DNA of 64,000 nt from Spirochaetia bacterium (lineage in GTDB: Bacteria; Spirochaetota; Spirochaetia; SZUA-6; Bin103): the NCBI GenBank assembly GCA_965208575.1, contig CBDBOV010000001.1:256001-320000 (forward strand), written 5' to 3'. Positions within the stretch are counted from its first letter, which is position 1. Each line of letters begins with the position of its first letter. This document shows positions 54,813 through 64,000 of the stretch, piece by piece. A program made the position numbers and the translations under genes. Below the pieces are notes generated by a model that saw only the letters and a program-made list of their open reading frames with translations, was not told where the DNA came from and did no database searches.

Positions 54813-56087
54813 TCATTTTGCCGTGCGACCGCTGCCACCACGCTCCTCGCTCGGTGTTTGCACCGTGCTTGGTGCGGCCTTGGCGGTCTTGCTGACGTTC
54901 AGCTGCAGCAGATCCTCGGTCAACCTGGTCAGCTCGCGCTTGAGGGCGACCGGATTCAACGTCGCGTACTGCTGCTTGAGGCGGTTCTTCACCTTCTCGC
55001 TCACCGACTCGGAGGCCAGCATGCGGTGATACGGCGTCTGCGGGTCGTCATAGATGCGGCGCACCTTGCTGCCGGTGCGGGTTTTCTTCACCAGCTTCAC
55101 CGAGGGATAGAAGAAGTTCACCAGCAGGCACAGCGGGCGGTATATCGCGTTGAGGGCAGCCAGTTCCCGGTCGGTGTCGTAACGCAGGTGGCCGACCGCC
55201 CGTCGCACCACGTGGCCATTCTTCTGCTCGACGTAGCAGGTGTCGTTCTTGCGATGCGGGCGACCCCGAGTGAACGTGATGCCGTGCGCTTCGCAATAGC
55301 GCAGCAAATGATGATTGATGAACTCGCTGCCGTTGTCGGTGTCGATCCCCCGCATCACGATCGGCAGGCTCTGCCGGGCAGCGTCGATCGCCTCGTGGGT
55401 CCAGCGCTGCGCCTTGTTCTGCACGCCGTACAGGTCGACCCAGCCGGTGTCAACGTCGGTGATGGTGAGCGTGTGGCAGAAGTCGCCTGACGCGTTGCCG
55501 CCTTCATGGCCCACCAAGTCGATCTCGAAGAAGCCCGGCTCCTGCTCGTCCCAGTCAGCGAAGGTTCGGATCGCGATCTGATCCTTCAGGAGGGTGCCCG
55601 GCTTGGTGTGCGTGCGACCCTTCAGGCGCAGCCGTGCGCGCTCCTGCTGCAGCAGCCGGTCGATGGTCGCGGCGCTGATGGTCTGCAGCTTGCCGCGCAC
55701 CGCTGCGGTCAGCTCGATCTCGCCGAACGACTCCAGCGTCGGCAGCATGGTGCGCAGCACGACCACCAGGCGCTTGCCGCACATGCAGTCGAACACGTAC
55801 CAGATCAGCTTCAGAGCGACCAGCACCTCCTGGTCGTAGCGCCGCGGTCGCACGCGGCGCTGGGCAGGCCGCGGACGCCCGACCACCAGCTTCACCAGTG
55901 TGCCGTCGACTCGCACCATGCGGGTCCGTCCCCACCAGGTCAACAGATGGATCGCGTACTTGCGCTGGTACCCGGTCGACTCGACGAACTCGTCGAGTAT
56001 GCGCCCCTTCTCCTTCTTGCCCGCCCGACGATACCGCTGCGCGTGCTGCTCGGTGAGCTCTCGCCTTGAACTCATCTTCAACCCCAT
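54813..56087 (-). CDS. integrase-core (rve-type) DDE transposase, ISNCY/IS481-like
   Basis: KKEKGRILDEF, EIDLVGH, DTDNGSEFIN, KND..YVEQKN; GGAG RBS. Confidence 0.9.
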   Translation of the reverse strand: MGLKMSSRRELTEQHAQRYRRAGKKEKGRILDEFVESTGYQRKYAIHLLTWWGRTRMVRVDGTLVKLVVGRPRPAQRRVRPRRYDQEVLVALKLIWYVFDCMCGKRLVVVLRTMLPTLESFGEIELTAAVRGKLQTISAATIDRLLQQERARLRLKGRTHTKPGTLLKDQIAIRTFADWDEQEPGFFEIDLVGHEGGNASGDFCHTLTITDVDTGWVDLYGVQNKAQRWTHEAIDAARQSLPIVMRGIDTDNGSEFINHHLLRYCEAHGITFTRGRPHRKNDTCYVEQKNGHVVRRAVGHLRYDTDRELAALNAIYRPLCLLVNFFYPSVKLVKKTRTGSKVRRIYDDPQTPYHRMLASESVSEKVKNRLKQQYATLNPVALKRELTRLTEDLLQLNVSKTAKAAPSTVQTPSEERGGSGRTAK

Positions 56088-56256
56088 CTCCTCCGGAACC
56101 TCCTCACGTCCCTCGGAGAGGCTCCAACCGGACCCGGAAGGTCCAGCCCGTTCGGTTAGATTTTTAGATGAGGCATGCTTTCGCTACGGTTAGATTTTCG
56201 ATGAGTCAATGCGGGCTCTTGTTCCCGGCCCGGACCTGTACTACGATTCGCGCACC

Positions 56257-56562
56257 GTGGCGAGACGAAATGGCAGTGACAGCGGTGCGGGGCCCCGGCA
56301 GCGGTTGCTGTACATCCACGCGCAGACGCCGAATCCGTTGTCGCCGGTGCTGGAGATGACCATCTACGAGCCGGTGAAGGACTTTCGGATCGAGTTGACG
56401 GCCGACGAGCCGGAGTTCGGCTACGCCACCGTGCACGAGGCGGTCGTCGACGGCTGGCAGATCGTGCAGTTCCCCCTGCACCAGGCGGAATACGATGATG
56501 ACGAGATCGACATGGTGGGATACGAGTTCATCCTGCAGAAGATGGAGGTAATGGACGGATGA
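56257..56562 (+). CDS. small acidic hypothetical protein coupled to a PhyH gene (start uncertain)
   Basis: Good codon bias; YATVHEAVVDGWQIVQFP...YEFILQK; ATGA overlap with the next gene. Confidence 0.65.
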   Translation: MARRNGSDSGAGPRQRLLYIHAQTPNPLSPVLEMTIYEPVKDFRIELTADEPEFGYATVHEAVVDGWQIVQFPLHQAEYDDDEIDMVGYEFILQKMEVMDG

Positions 56563-57407
56563 GTACGACATTGACCGCGGCCCCGGATGCCGCCGGGAAG
56601 AGCGCCGAACAGAAGCAGTGCACGTTGGCGCCGTACCTGCTCGACGACCTGCAGGTGGTCGACTTCATCGTGAACGGCTATCACGTCGTGAAGCCGGACC
56701 TGCGGCCCGGTCTGAACGAAGCCATCGCTGCCAGGCTGGACGTGATGGAGCGCAACCCCGGTGATGCGATCTGCGACGAGGTGCCGGAACTGAACGAGGT
56801 GCTCGACCACCCGGCGGTGCGCGGCGCGCTCGTAAGCCTGGCGGGCAGGAACTTCGAGACCATGTTCCACCGCCACTGGCACTGCAAGGAGCCGGGCACG
56901 TCCTACATGCACTGGCACCAGGACGGCAAGAACCGGCGTGAGACCGGCATGGACAAGTTCCTGGGCCTGTACTACCCGGCCGACGTGACCGCGGACATGG
57001 GGCCGACCATCATCGTGCCCGCCACCCAGTACCGCAACGCTCCCACCGACCGCATGCGCACCTACGGCAACATCCGCGGCCAGGTGCCGCTGGTGGTGGA
57101 GGCGGGCACGTTCGCCATTACCCACTACGACCTGTGGCACGGCACCGCGGCCAACAGGTCCGGCAAGCGGCGCCACATGGTGAAGTTCCTGTTCGCGCGC
57201 ACGGCGCCGAACGAGTCGGCTACCTGGAAGCACGAGCCCGAGTGCATGAACCGGCTGCGTGACTGGAACCTGCGCGAGCAGGCGGCGGATCCGTTCAACC
57301 GGCTCACCTTCGCCAATCCGCTGAACGTTTCGCAGAGCGACTCCTACAAGGAACGCGCCATCCGCCGCGACATCTGGCAGCAGCTCACCGGCGAGCCGCT
57401 CGGCTAG
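56559..57407 (+). CDS. phytanoyl-CoA dioxygenase (PhyH) family Fe(II)/2OG enzyme
   Basis: WHQD, MGPT..VP, distal LWHG, R..KF. Confidence 0.85.
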   Translation: MSTTLTAAPDAAGKSAEQKQCTLAPYLLDDLQVVDFIVNGYHVVKPDLRPGLNEAIAARLDVMERNPGDAICDEVPELNEVLDHPAVRGALVSLAGRNFETMFHRHWHCKEPGTSYMHWHQDGKNRRETGMDKFLGLYYPADVTADMGPTIIVPATQYRNAPTDRMRTYGNIRGQVPLVVEAGTFAITHYDLWHGTAANRSGKRRHMVKFLFARTAPNESATWKHEPECMNRLRDWNLREQAADPFNRLTFANPLNVSQSDSYKERAIRRDIWQQLTGEPLG

Positions 57408-57436
57408 CCGATGCGGGCCATCGGGCGGGGAGCAGC

Positions 57437-57850
57437 ATGAACACGCGACCGGGCCGGCTGCGCCACGTGGCGCCCCTGTTCTTCGTGCGCGACGTGGTGG
57501 CCGCCACCGAGTACTACGTGCGCGCGCTCGGGTTCACACAGCCGCCCTACTGGGGCGATCCGCCCGCCTTCGCCATGCCCAGCCGCGACGGCGTGGTGAT
57601 CATGCTGAAGCGGGCGGAGCGCGGCGACCCGATTCGCAGCAACAACCCGGGCCGGGATCCGCGCCACGGGCCGTGGGATGCCTACGTGTGGGTGGACGAC
57701 GCGCGCGCCCTGCACGCCGAGGTGGCGGCCGCCGGGGCCGACGTGGCGTACGGCCCGCTGCTGCAGCAGGAGTACGGCAACTGGGAGTTCGCGGTGCGCG
57801 ACCGCGACGGCTACCTGGTCGCCTTCGGCTCCGACGCGGGCACGGCATAG
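57437..57850 (+). CDS. VOC/glyoxalase (bleomycin resistance) family protein
   Basis: VRDV....YY...LGF, YG.WEFAVRD.DGY. Confidence 0.88.
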   Translation: MNTRPGRLRHVAPLFFVRDVVAATEYYVRALGFTQPPYWGDPPAFAMPSRDGVVIMLKRAERGDPIRSNNPGRDPRHGPWDAYVWVDDARALHAEVAAAGADVAYGPLLQQEYGNWEFAVRDRDGYLVAFGSDAGTA

Positions 57851-57957
57851 CGTTCCGGACACCGTCGCCCAAGGTGCCCCGTGGCCGGAGCGGCCGACGC
57901 GGCAGTGCCCTGCCGGGTGGGCGCGGCGCCGCATCCGTTGCCCCCCGCGACGGGTAT

Positions 57958-58232
57958 CCGGCGCCCGCCGGCAGCGGCTGCCGCCGTCACTCTGCCGGAT
58001 GCGCCCGCCGGCAGCGGCTGCCGCCGTCACTCTGCCGGATGCGCCCGCCGGAAGCGGTGCGGCCGTCGCTCCGCCGGATGCGCCCGGCAGGTGGCGGCTG
58101 CCGCCGTCGTTCTGCCGGATGCGCCCGGCCGGTGGCGGCTGCGGCCGTCGTTCTGCCGGATGCGCCCGGCCGGTGGCGGCTGCGGCCGCCGTTCTACCGG
58201 ATGCGCCCGGCAGGTGGCGGCTGCGGCCGCCG
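57958..58232. repeat. GC-rich tandem repeat, ~40-41-bp unit, about 7 copies
   Basis: gccggatgcgcccg(g)c(c/a)gg..gcggctgc.gccgtc..tct repeated without unique spacers between convergent genes. Confidence 0.88.
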
Positions 58233-58320
58233 GTGCCGCCGCGGCGACAGCGCGAGCGCCGTCCTCCGATCTCGGGCACCTGGCGGACGGGCTCGCGGCG
58301 CCATGGCAGTTGACCGGCTG

Positions 58321-59709
58321 CTACGCGGTGTCGCCCACCTCGGCGCGCAGGCGCTCCAGTTCAGCGGTGAGTTCGGCGCGCACGGCGGCGTAGGCGGCGT
58401 CGTCGTACACGTTCACCAGCTCCCGCGGGTCGCGCTGCAGGTCGAACAGCTCCCATTCCGGCGGCGTGGGATCGCCGACCGCGCCGGCGGCATCGAGCGG
58501 GTCGCCGTAGTAGTAGATGAGCTTGTGGGTTTCGGTACGCACGCCGTAGTGGGCGGCGACGTCGAAGTGGGCGCCGTGCATCCAGTAGCGGTAGTACATG
58601 GAGGTGCGCCAGTCGCCGGCCGGCGCGCCGGCCAGGAGCGGGCGCAGGCTGCGGCCCGGCATGTCGTCCGGGATCGGCACCCCCGCCAGGTCGAGCACGG
58701 TGGGCGCGAAATCGACGTTGAGCACCATGCGGTCGTCGGCCAGGCCGGGCCGCGTGACGCCCGGCCCGCGCACCAGGAGCGGGATGCGGATCGACTCCTC
58801 GTACATGAAGCGCTTGTCGTAGAAGCCGTGGTCGCCGAGGAAGAAGCCGTGGTCGGAGGTGTACACCACCAGCGTGTCGTCGGCCAGGCCGGCCTCGTCG
58901 AGCCAGGCGAGCAGGCGACCGATGTTGTCGTCCACCGAGGCCACGCAGCGCAGGTAGCCCTTCATGAACGACTGGTAGTTCCAGCGCAGCAACTCGTCGC
59001 CGGTGAGGCCGGGCGGCGGCGGATCGGGGACGTGGTTGCGCAGGTGTGCGGTGGCCACCTTCTGCGTGCTGCGCGCGGCGGCGGCTGCGCGGCCCTGGTA
59101 GTCGTCGCGCAGGGTGGGCGGCTCCGGCAGGTCGCGGCCGGCGAACAGGTCGGCGTGGGCGGCGTCGTAGGTGAACGGGTCGTGCGGCGCCTTGTTGCCG
59201 AGGTAGAGAAAGAAGGGGCGGTCCCGGTCGCGGGCGCGCAGCCAGTCGAGCGCCATGTCGGCCAGGATGTCGGTCACGTAGCCGCGCCGGGTCACGGTGC
59301 CGCCCGCCTCGTGGAACTCCGGGTCCACGTACTTGCCCTGCACCGGCAGCACGCTCCAGTGGTCGAAGCCGACCGGATCGCTGTTGCCGCCGTGGCCAAG
59401 GTGCCACTTGCCAAGCGCCGCGGTCTGGTAGCCGGCGTCGTGCAGCAGCATGCCGAGCGTGTGTTCGCGGGTGTGGTCGATGACGTCGCTCAGGGTGCGG
59501 ATGCCGGTCGTGTGGCTGTACTTGCCGGTGAGCACGGTGGCCCGCGCCGGCGTGCAGATCGAGTTGGTGCAGAAACAGTTGTCGAAGCGCACGCCGTCCG
59601 CGGCCAGCCGGTCCAGGTTGGGCGTGGCCACCAGGCTGGGACCGTAGTTGGAGATCGCCGCCGGCGCATGATCATCGGCAATCACGAACAGAACGTTGGG
59701 CCTCGTCAT
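58321..59709 (-). CDS. sulfatase (N-acetylglucosamine-6-sulfatase-like, Cys-type)
   Basis: ADDH, CTPARATVLTG, GKWHLG, KAPH, SDHGFFLGDHG, DKRFMYEES. Confidence 0.94.
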   Translation of the reverse strand: MTRPNVLFVIADDHAPAAISNYGPSLVATPNLDRLAADGVRFDNCFCTNSICTPARATVLTGKYSHTTGIRTLSDVIDHTREHTLGMLLHDAGYQTAALGKWHLGHGGNSDPVGFDHWSVLPVQGKYVDPEFHEAGGTVTRRGYVTDILADMALDWLRARDRDRPFFLYLGNKAPHDPFTYDAAHADLFAGRDLPEPPTLRDDYQGRAAAAARSTQKVATAHLRNHVPDPPPPGLTGDELLRWNYQSFMKGYLRCVASVDDNIGRLLAWLDEAGLADDTLVVYTSDHGFFLGDHGFYDKRFMYEESIRIPLLVRGPGVTRPGLADDRMVLNVDFAPTVLDLAGVPIPDDMPGRSLRPLLAGAPAGDWRTSMYYRYWMHGAHFDVAAHYGVRTETHKLIYYYGDPLDAAGAVGDPTPPEWELFDLQRDPRELVNVYDDAAYAAVRAELTAELERLRAEVGDTA

Positions 59710-59911
59710 GGCGCCATCATCAACCATTGCCAACCGCCATGGCCAGACGCCGCGGCCTCGGCGGCCTCGGCGCCGTGCTCTAGCCGCCCGTGGTGAAAAC
59801 CTGCGGCGCGCCGAACGCGGCGAGGCGGGATGGATCGCCGCTCGAATGCAGTCGGAGTTCACCACGGGCTGCCAAGGTTCGCCTGCGACCCGCCGGGTGC
59901 ACGACCGTCGC

Positions 59912-61006
59912 TCAGTGCTGCTGCCGGTCCGACCCGCCGGGTGCAGACCGCCGCTCAGTGCTGCCACCGCGTATCAAGTTCAGGAAGTGGTCGGCGTCGT
60001 CGCACTGCAGCGCGGCCTGCATCAGCGCCGCGGCAGAGGTGGCCGGCGGTTCGGTCAGGTAGCGCGCCAGCGCGGGCGGCACCGGCACGCCCCGCGACGT
60101 CAACACCTGCAGCACGGCCTCCCGCCGCATCTCAGCCGCGGCCTCGGCACGGCCCTCGGCATGACCCTCGGCATGACCCTCGGCATGGCCCTCGGCATGG
60201 CCCTCGGCATGGCCCTCGGCATGGCCCTCGGCATGGCCCTCGGCGCGACTCTCGCGGCGCACGGCGCTCAGCAGCGGGTCGTCATCCGGGCCGGTTCCGT
60301 GCGCGGCTCCCAGCGTGCGCCCGATCCTGCGCAACGCGGCCATGGTGGCATACGACACCTCGCGCTCGTTCAACGCCAGGTGGATCTCCTTCGCCGTCCA
60401 GCCCGGCAAGGCCCGGCTGCTCGCGGCGGTGCGGAAGCTGCCGTGCTCCAGCAGGTAGTTCGTCAGGCATGGGCGCAGGCCTGCCGGGCGGCTTGGGGAG
60501 TACTGTTCAGGCACCTCGACCCACACCTCCGGGAAGCCCCACGATTCGTACAGCGACAGCTTGCCGCGGCGTACGTCGGTGGTGTTGTCGACCTCCAGCA
60601 CCACGTCCGGAAGCGTGTCGCTGCCCACTTCGATCCTGGCGCCGTCGGGCCGCGTGGTGCGCGGGTGCAGGTACACGGTCTGGTCGGCCTCCAGGATACG
60701 TCGCCAGGCGCCGTGGGCGTCGCGCAGCAGCAGGTCGGAGGCGCCGAACGTTGCGATGGGTGCGCCGCGCACGTGCGCGATGGTGTTGAGCAGCGCGGCC
60801 AGCACCTGCCCCGGCTGTTCGTGGTAGACGGAGACCGGATCGCACACCATGGCGGTCTCGGTGGCGGCGTCCCAGTACTCGATGCGGCGGTCGCTGTGTT
60901 CGATGTCGGCGCGCGTCATGGGCACCGGCCGGCAACCGGGAAACTCCAGCGGCGGCGCGTGTTGTTCGGCGGACGGTGGGGCGGTGGTGGTCGGAAGTTC
61001 AGCCAT
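59912..61006 (-). CDS. Uma2/DUF820-type PD-(D/E)XK nuclease-fold protein with AEGH repeat tail
   Basis: HEQP, EADQTVY, PDVVLEVD.T, K..LYESWGFPEVW. Confidence 0.8.
   Translation of the reverse strand: MAELPTTTAPPSAEQHAPPLEFPGCRPVPMTRADIEHSDRRIEYWDAATETAMVCDPVSVYHEQPGQVLAALLNTIAHVRGAPIATFGASDLLLRDAHGAWRRILEADQTVYLHPRTTRPDGARIEVGSDTLPDVVLEVDNTTDVRRGKLSLYESWGFPEVWVEVPEQYSPSRPAGLRPCLTNYLLEHGSFRTAASSRALPGWTAKEIHLALNEREVSYATMAALRRIGRTLGAAHGTGPDDDPLLSAVRRESRAEGHAEGHAEGHAEGHAEGHAEGHAEGHAEGRAEAAAEMRREAVLQVLTSRGVPVPPALARYLTEPPATSAAALMQAALQCDDADHFLNLIRGGSTERRSAPGGSDRQQH
60147..60246 (-). repeat. 12-bp tandem repeat encoding (AEGH)7-AEGR
   Basis: ccctcggcatg(g/a) repeated in tandem. Confidence 0.9.
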
Positions 61007-61159
61007 GGCGCCGACCATACCATGGCTCAGACCGATCATTCCACAATGGTTCACCGTCGGGAACAGTCGGGTGGAAAGGCAGAGCGGCCACCTGCATCGA
61101 TTGTCGATGGCGATTCGTGTAGTGACACGGGCGGTGGGCATCCACCACACTCGCTTGTC

Positions 61160-62002
61160 ATGATCAGGGCGATCGACACCCATGTCCACTTCTGGGAGCT
61201 GGCCGGGTACCGCGGCTACGACGGCTGGTTCGCGGGGCGTGACTACCTGCGGCGCGACTACCTGCCGCACCACCTGCGCCCGGAGCTGGCGGCCGTCGGC
61301 GCCGAGGGCGCGGTGATCGTGGGGGCGGCGCCCGACTCGCACCGCCACAACCTCCAGTGGGGCGCGATGTGCGAGCGGCACGCCGACGTGCTCGGCCTGG
61401 TGGGCAGCTACGCCCTGACCTCGCCGCGCCTCGCCGAGTGGCTGGACGACTACGCGGGCAAGCCGTGGTTTCTGGGTATCCGCAGCCAGCCGGAGCTGCC
61501 GCCGGAGCGGTGGGGCGAGGACGCGGCCGCCGACCGCGGTGCGCGTGAGCTGCTGCGCCGCGGGCTGGTGCTGGACATCCTGGTGCAGCACCACCTGATT
61601 CCGGCGGTGGGGGTGTTCGCGCGGCGCCATCCCGACCTGCCCTTTGTGCTCAACCACTGCGGCCTGCCGCCGTTCCGGGACGGCGGCCTGGACGTGTGGG
61701 AGCGGCACGTGCGTGCGCTCGCGGCGCTGCCCAACGTGGTGGTGAAGTACTCGTCATTCTTGCTGCACTGCCATCCGCGCTGTGTGGCGGATGAGCTACG
61801 CAGCGCCGCCGGGGTGCTGTTCGAGGCGTTCGGCAGCGAGCGGCTGCTGTGGGGCAGCAACTGGCCGCCGGAATTGGTGGGCGGCAGTTACCGCGATGCG
61901 TTCGACACCATGATGGACGCCGCGCCGCCGCTTGCGGCGGACGAGCGCCGCGGGGTGCTGCGCGACAACGCCATACGGATATACCAACTGCCGGTCGGGT
62001 AG
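61160..62002 (+). CDS. amidohydrolase_2 family protein (L-fuconolactonase-like)
   Basis: IDTHVHFW, VLNHCG.P, LLWGSNWP, NA.RIY. Confidence 0.88.
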   Translation: MIRAIDTHVHFWELAGYRGYDGWFAGRDYLRRDYLPHHLRPELAAVGAEGAVIVGAAPDSHRHNLQWGAMCERHADVLGLVGSYALTSPRLAEWLDDYAGKPWFLGIRSQPELPPERWGEDAAADRGARELLRRGLVLDILVQHHLIPAVGVFARRHPDLPFVLNHCGLPPFRDGGLDVWERHVRALAALPNVVVKYSSFLLHCHPRCVADELRSAAGVLFEAFGSERLLWGSNWPPELVGGSYRDAFDTMMDAAPPLAADERRGVLRDNAIRIYQLPVG

Positions 62003-62210
62003 CGACGCGGCGGCGCTGCCCTGGACGGCGCGCTCTTGGCCGGTGCGCCCGGTTGCGGCTCGCAGCGTGCGCCGGCCGGTTCGCGGCGTTGCCATCCGGC
62101 CACGAGCTTCGGCGCCGGCGCTCCGTCAGGCCGGCCTGAGTCTCGCGGTGCTTCCGGTTGAGGCGCTTCGGTGCCCGGCGCACGGGATCGGAAGCGCCGC
62201 GGCCGGATGT

Positions 62211-63128
62211 TCAGCCGCGGAACTCGGGGGACGGCTCTCGTTCCACCACCTCGCGCTGGTAGCCTTCCCAGTAGTATTGGTAGCGGTCCGACTTCCAGCC
62301 GGCGTACACCTCCGGCCAAGTGAGCCGGCCCTGGTGCACGCCGAGGTTCTTCCACATGATCTTGTCGGTCATCTTCTGGTAGCGGTAGTCGACCGACAGG
62401 CGGATGCGGTCGCCGGACACGTTGGGCAGCCCCTGGTGCACGGTCTTGCTGTGGAAGAACAGCGTGTCGCCGCGCTCGAACGGACTGGCCACCCACTCGC
62501 CGTCGAGGCACTCGTCGTTCACGCCGAGGCCGCCGGCCCCCTGGCGCTCGTGCACGGGCAGGATGCCGCGCCGGTGCGAGCCGCGCAGCACCGCCAGCCC
62601 GCCGAGGCTGATCGGACACGGGCCGAGCGGGATCCACGCGGTCCACACCTCGGGCGTGCCCTGCACGAGAACGAAGTCCTGGTGCGGCGGCGTGGTGTGC
62701 TCGAGCGTGTTCGGGAACATCACCCGCACGATGGTGCTCGGCTGCGGCATGCCGCGTTCGCCGAGCAGCGTCTCGGCCACGTCCAGCAGCGCCGGCTCGT
62801 GCGCCATGGTCTGGAACGACTCCAGCTTCTGGATGGCGTCGTAGATGGGGATGTACTCCGGCGTGCGGTTCAGCTTCGCCTCCTGGGTGGAGATGGCATC
62901 CAGCGGGTCGGTGCCGCGGTCCAGCCAGCCGGCTCCGTCGAGGATCGCCGCGATGTCGCGGCGCAGACGTGCGATCGGCTCGTCCGGCACCAGGGCGCGG
63001 ATGAACAGGTAGCCGTCTTCGAGCGCGCGGGCGCGCAGGTCGTTGGGGCGGTCGAGGAGATCGTCGCTTGCCGTGAACGGCGCGCAGCGCCGCTGCTCGG
63101 CGCCGACCTGGACAGTAGCGGTGGCCAT
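62211..63128 (-). CDS. phytanoyl-CoA dioxygenase (PhyH) family Fe(II)/2OG enzyme
   Basis: TPPHQD, WTAWIPL, GSH, GD.LFFHS..VH, R.S.D.RY. Confidence 0.88.
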   Translation of the reverse strand: MATATVQVGAEQRRCAPFTASDDLLDRPNDLRARALEDGYLFIRALVPDEPIARLRRDIAAILDGAGWLDRGTDPLDAISTQEAKLNRTPEYIPIYDAIQKLESFQTMAHEPALLDVAETLLGERGMPQPSTIVRVMFPNTLEHTTPPHQDFVLVQGTPEVWTAWIPLGPCPISLGGLAVLRGSHRRGILPVHERQGAGGLGVNDECLDGEWVASPFERGDTLFFHSKTVHQGLPNVSGDRIRLSVDYRYQKMTDKIMWKNLGVHQGRLTWPEVYAGWKSDRYQYYWEGYQREVVEREPSPEFRG

Positions 63129-63189
63129 GCCGGCAGGATACTCAAAGCGCACCGCGCTGCACAAACCCACGCCGGGCCGGCGAGCCGGC

Positions 63190-64000
63190 CTATTCGTAGC
63201 GCAGGACCTGGGCAACGCTCATGCGGGCGGTGCGCAGTACCGGCACCAGCGCGGCGCCGGCGGTCATCAGCAGCGTGATGGCGGCCGGCACCAGGAAGTA
63301 GCGCAGGTCCAGGTGGATGGCGAAGGGCACCGGCAGATTGCTGCCGATCGGGAAGAAGGTGATCTCCAGCGCGTTGATCACGGCGCCGGCGGTGAGGCCG
63401 AGGCCCAGCGCCGCCGCCGCACCGAGCAGGTAGGTGGCCAGAGACTCCACCAGCAGCAACAGCAGCAACTGAGCGCGGGTGGTGCCGATGGCGCGCAGCG
63501 ATCCCAGTTCGCGCAGGCGCTCCAGGAAGGCCACCGACACGACCTCGAAGATGGCGACCATGGAGAGCACGGTGATAACCGCGATCGCGAAGGTGAACAG
63601 AAGGTCGTAGAACGACTTGAGCTGGTCGTAGAGGTCCTGTACTTCCCGCCAGCTCGACACGGCCACCGGCAGCCCGGTGTCGGCAAGCTGGTTGCGCAAG
63701 CGTATCCGCACCGCTTCCAGGTCTTGTTCCCGCCACTCCGTCCGTCCCGGCCGGAGTGGGCGCAGGAACACGAGGATCCGGTGTGCTCCCGCGGTGTCCA
63801 CGAGCTCGCGCGCGAACGGCAGCGGCACGTAGATTGCGTACGCGTCGTTGATGCTGCTGCCGGTGCGGACGACTCCCTTCAGGTGCAGCTCGGCGGTCCG
63901 CTCCGCACCCGCCGCGTCGTGGACGAACAGCGTCCCCTGCCGTTGCGACGCAACGGCAAGTTGCCGCGCCACGCCCTCGCCCAGGATGGCGGACGCATGA
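63190..64000 (-). CDS. FtsX/LolE-like ABC permease, 5' end outside the window
   Basis: ER.RELGSLRAIG motif followed by transmembrane helices. Confidence 0.85.
   Translation of the reverse strand, partial: HASAILGEGVARQLAVASQRQGTLFVHDAAGAERTAELHLKGVVRTGSSINDAYAIYVPLPFARELVDTAGAHRILVFLRPLRPGRTEWREQDLEAVRIRLRNQLADTGLPVAVSSWREVQDLYDQLKSFYDLLFTFAIAVITVLSMVAIFEVVSVAFLERLRELGSLRAIGTTRAQLLLLLLVESLATYLLGAAAALGLGLTAGAVINALEITFFPIGSNLPVPFAIHLDLRYFLVPAAITLLMTAGAALVPVLRTARMSVAQVLRYE

Larger units (their letters stand above)
52424..56208. mobile_element. composite/nested IS region bounded by imperfect bipartite inverted repeats
   Basis: Left end tgcctcacgtaaaaatctaacc...tgcctcacgtaagaatctaaccgaa (52424-52482) mirrors right end ttcggttagatttttagatgaggca...ggttagattttcgatgagtca (56151-56208); no clear target duplication. 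Confidence 0.75.

Noticed and set aside
57958-58232. Possible CRISPR array
   Set aside because: Units are contiguous with no unique spacers, and there are no cas genes in the window.

Overview
High-GC bacterial chromosomal window. The prfA-prmC-rel gene order and the solute-binding-protein signal peptides suggest a spirochaete-like organism (inference). It carries housekeeping blocks (PMM/PGM, rhomboid, prfA, prmC, rel; valS-purN-radical SAM-clpS-clpA; TPP-riboswitch-controlled thiBPQ), catabolic genes (sugar ABC system, two sulfatases, two PhyH-type dioxygenases, amidohydrolase, a tautomerase pair) and two VapBC modules. An EndoQ-like nuclease is fused to a UvrD helicase. A complete 1.9-kb IS with 16-bp inverted repeats and a 5-bp target duplication splits a protease gene, and there is a nested IS relic at 52.4-56.2 kb. 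The most unusual part is 33.9-42.8 kb: three paralogous soluble all-in-one sensor kinase-receiver-winged-helix proteins interleaved with two TetR genes, one paralogue having a degenerate ATP-binding site. All calls come from reading motifs by eye; no database searches were run.
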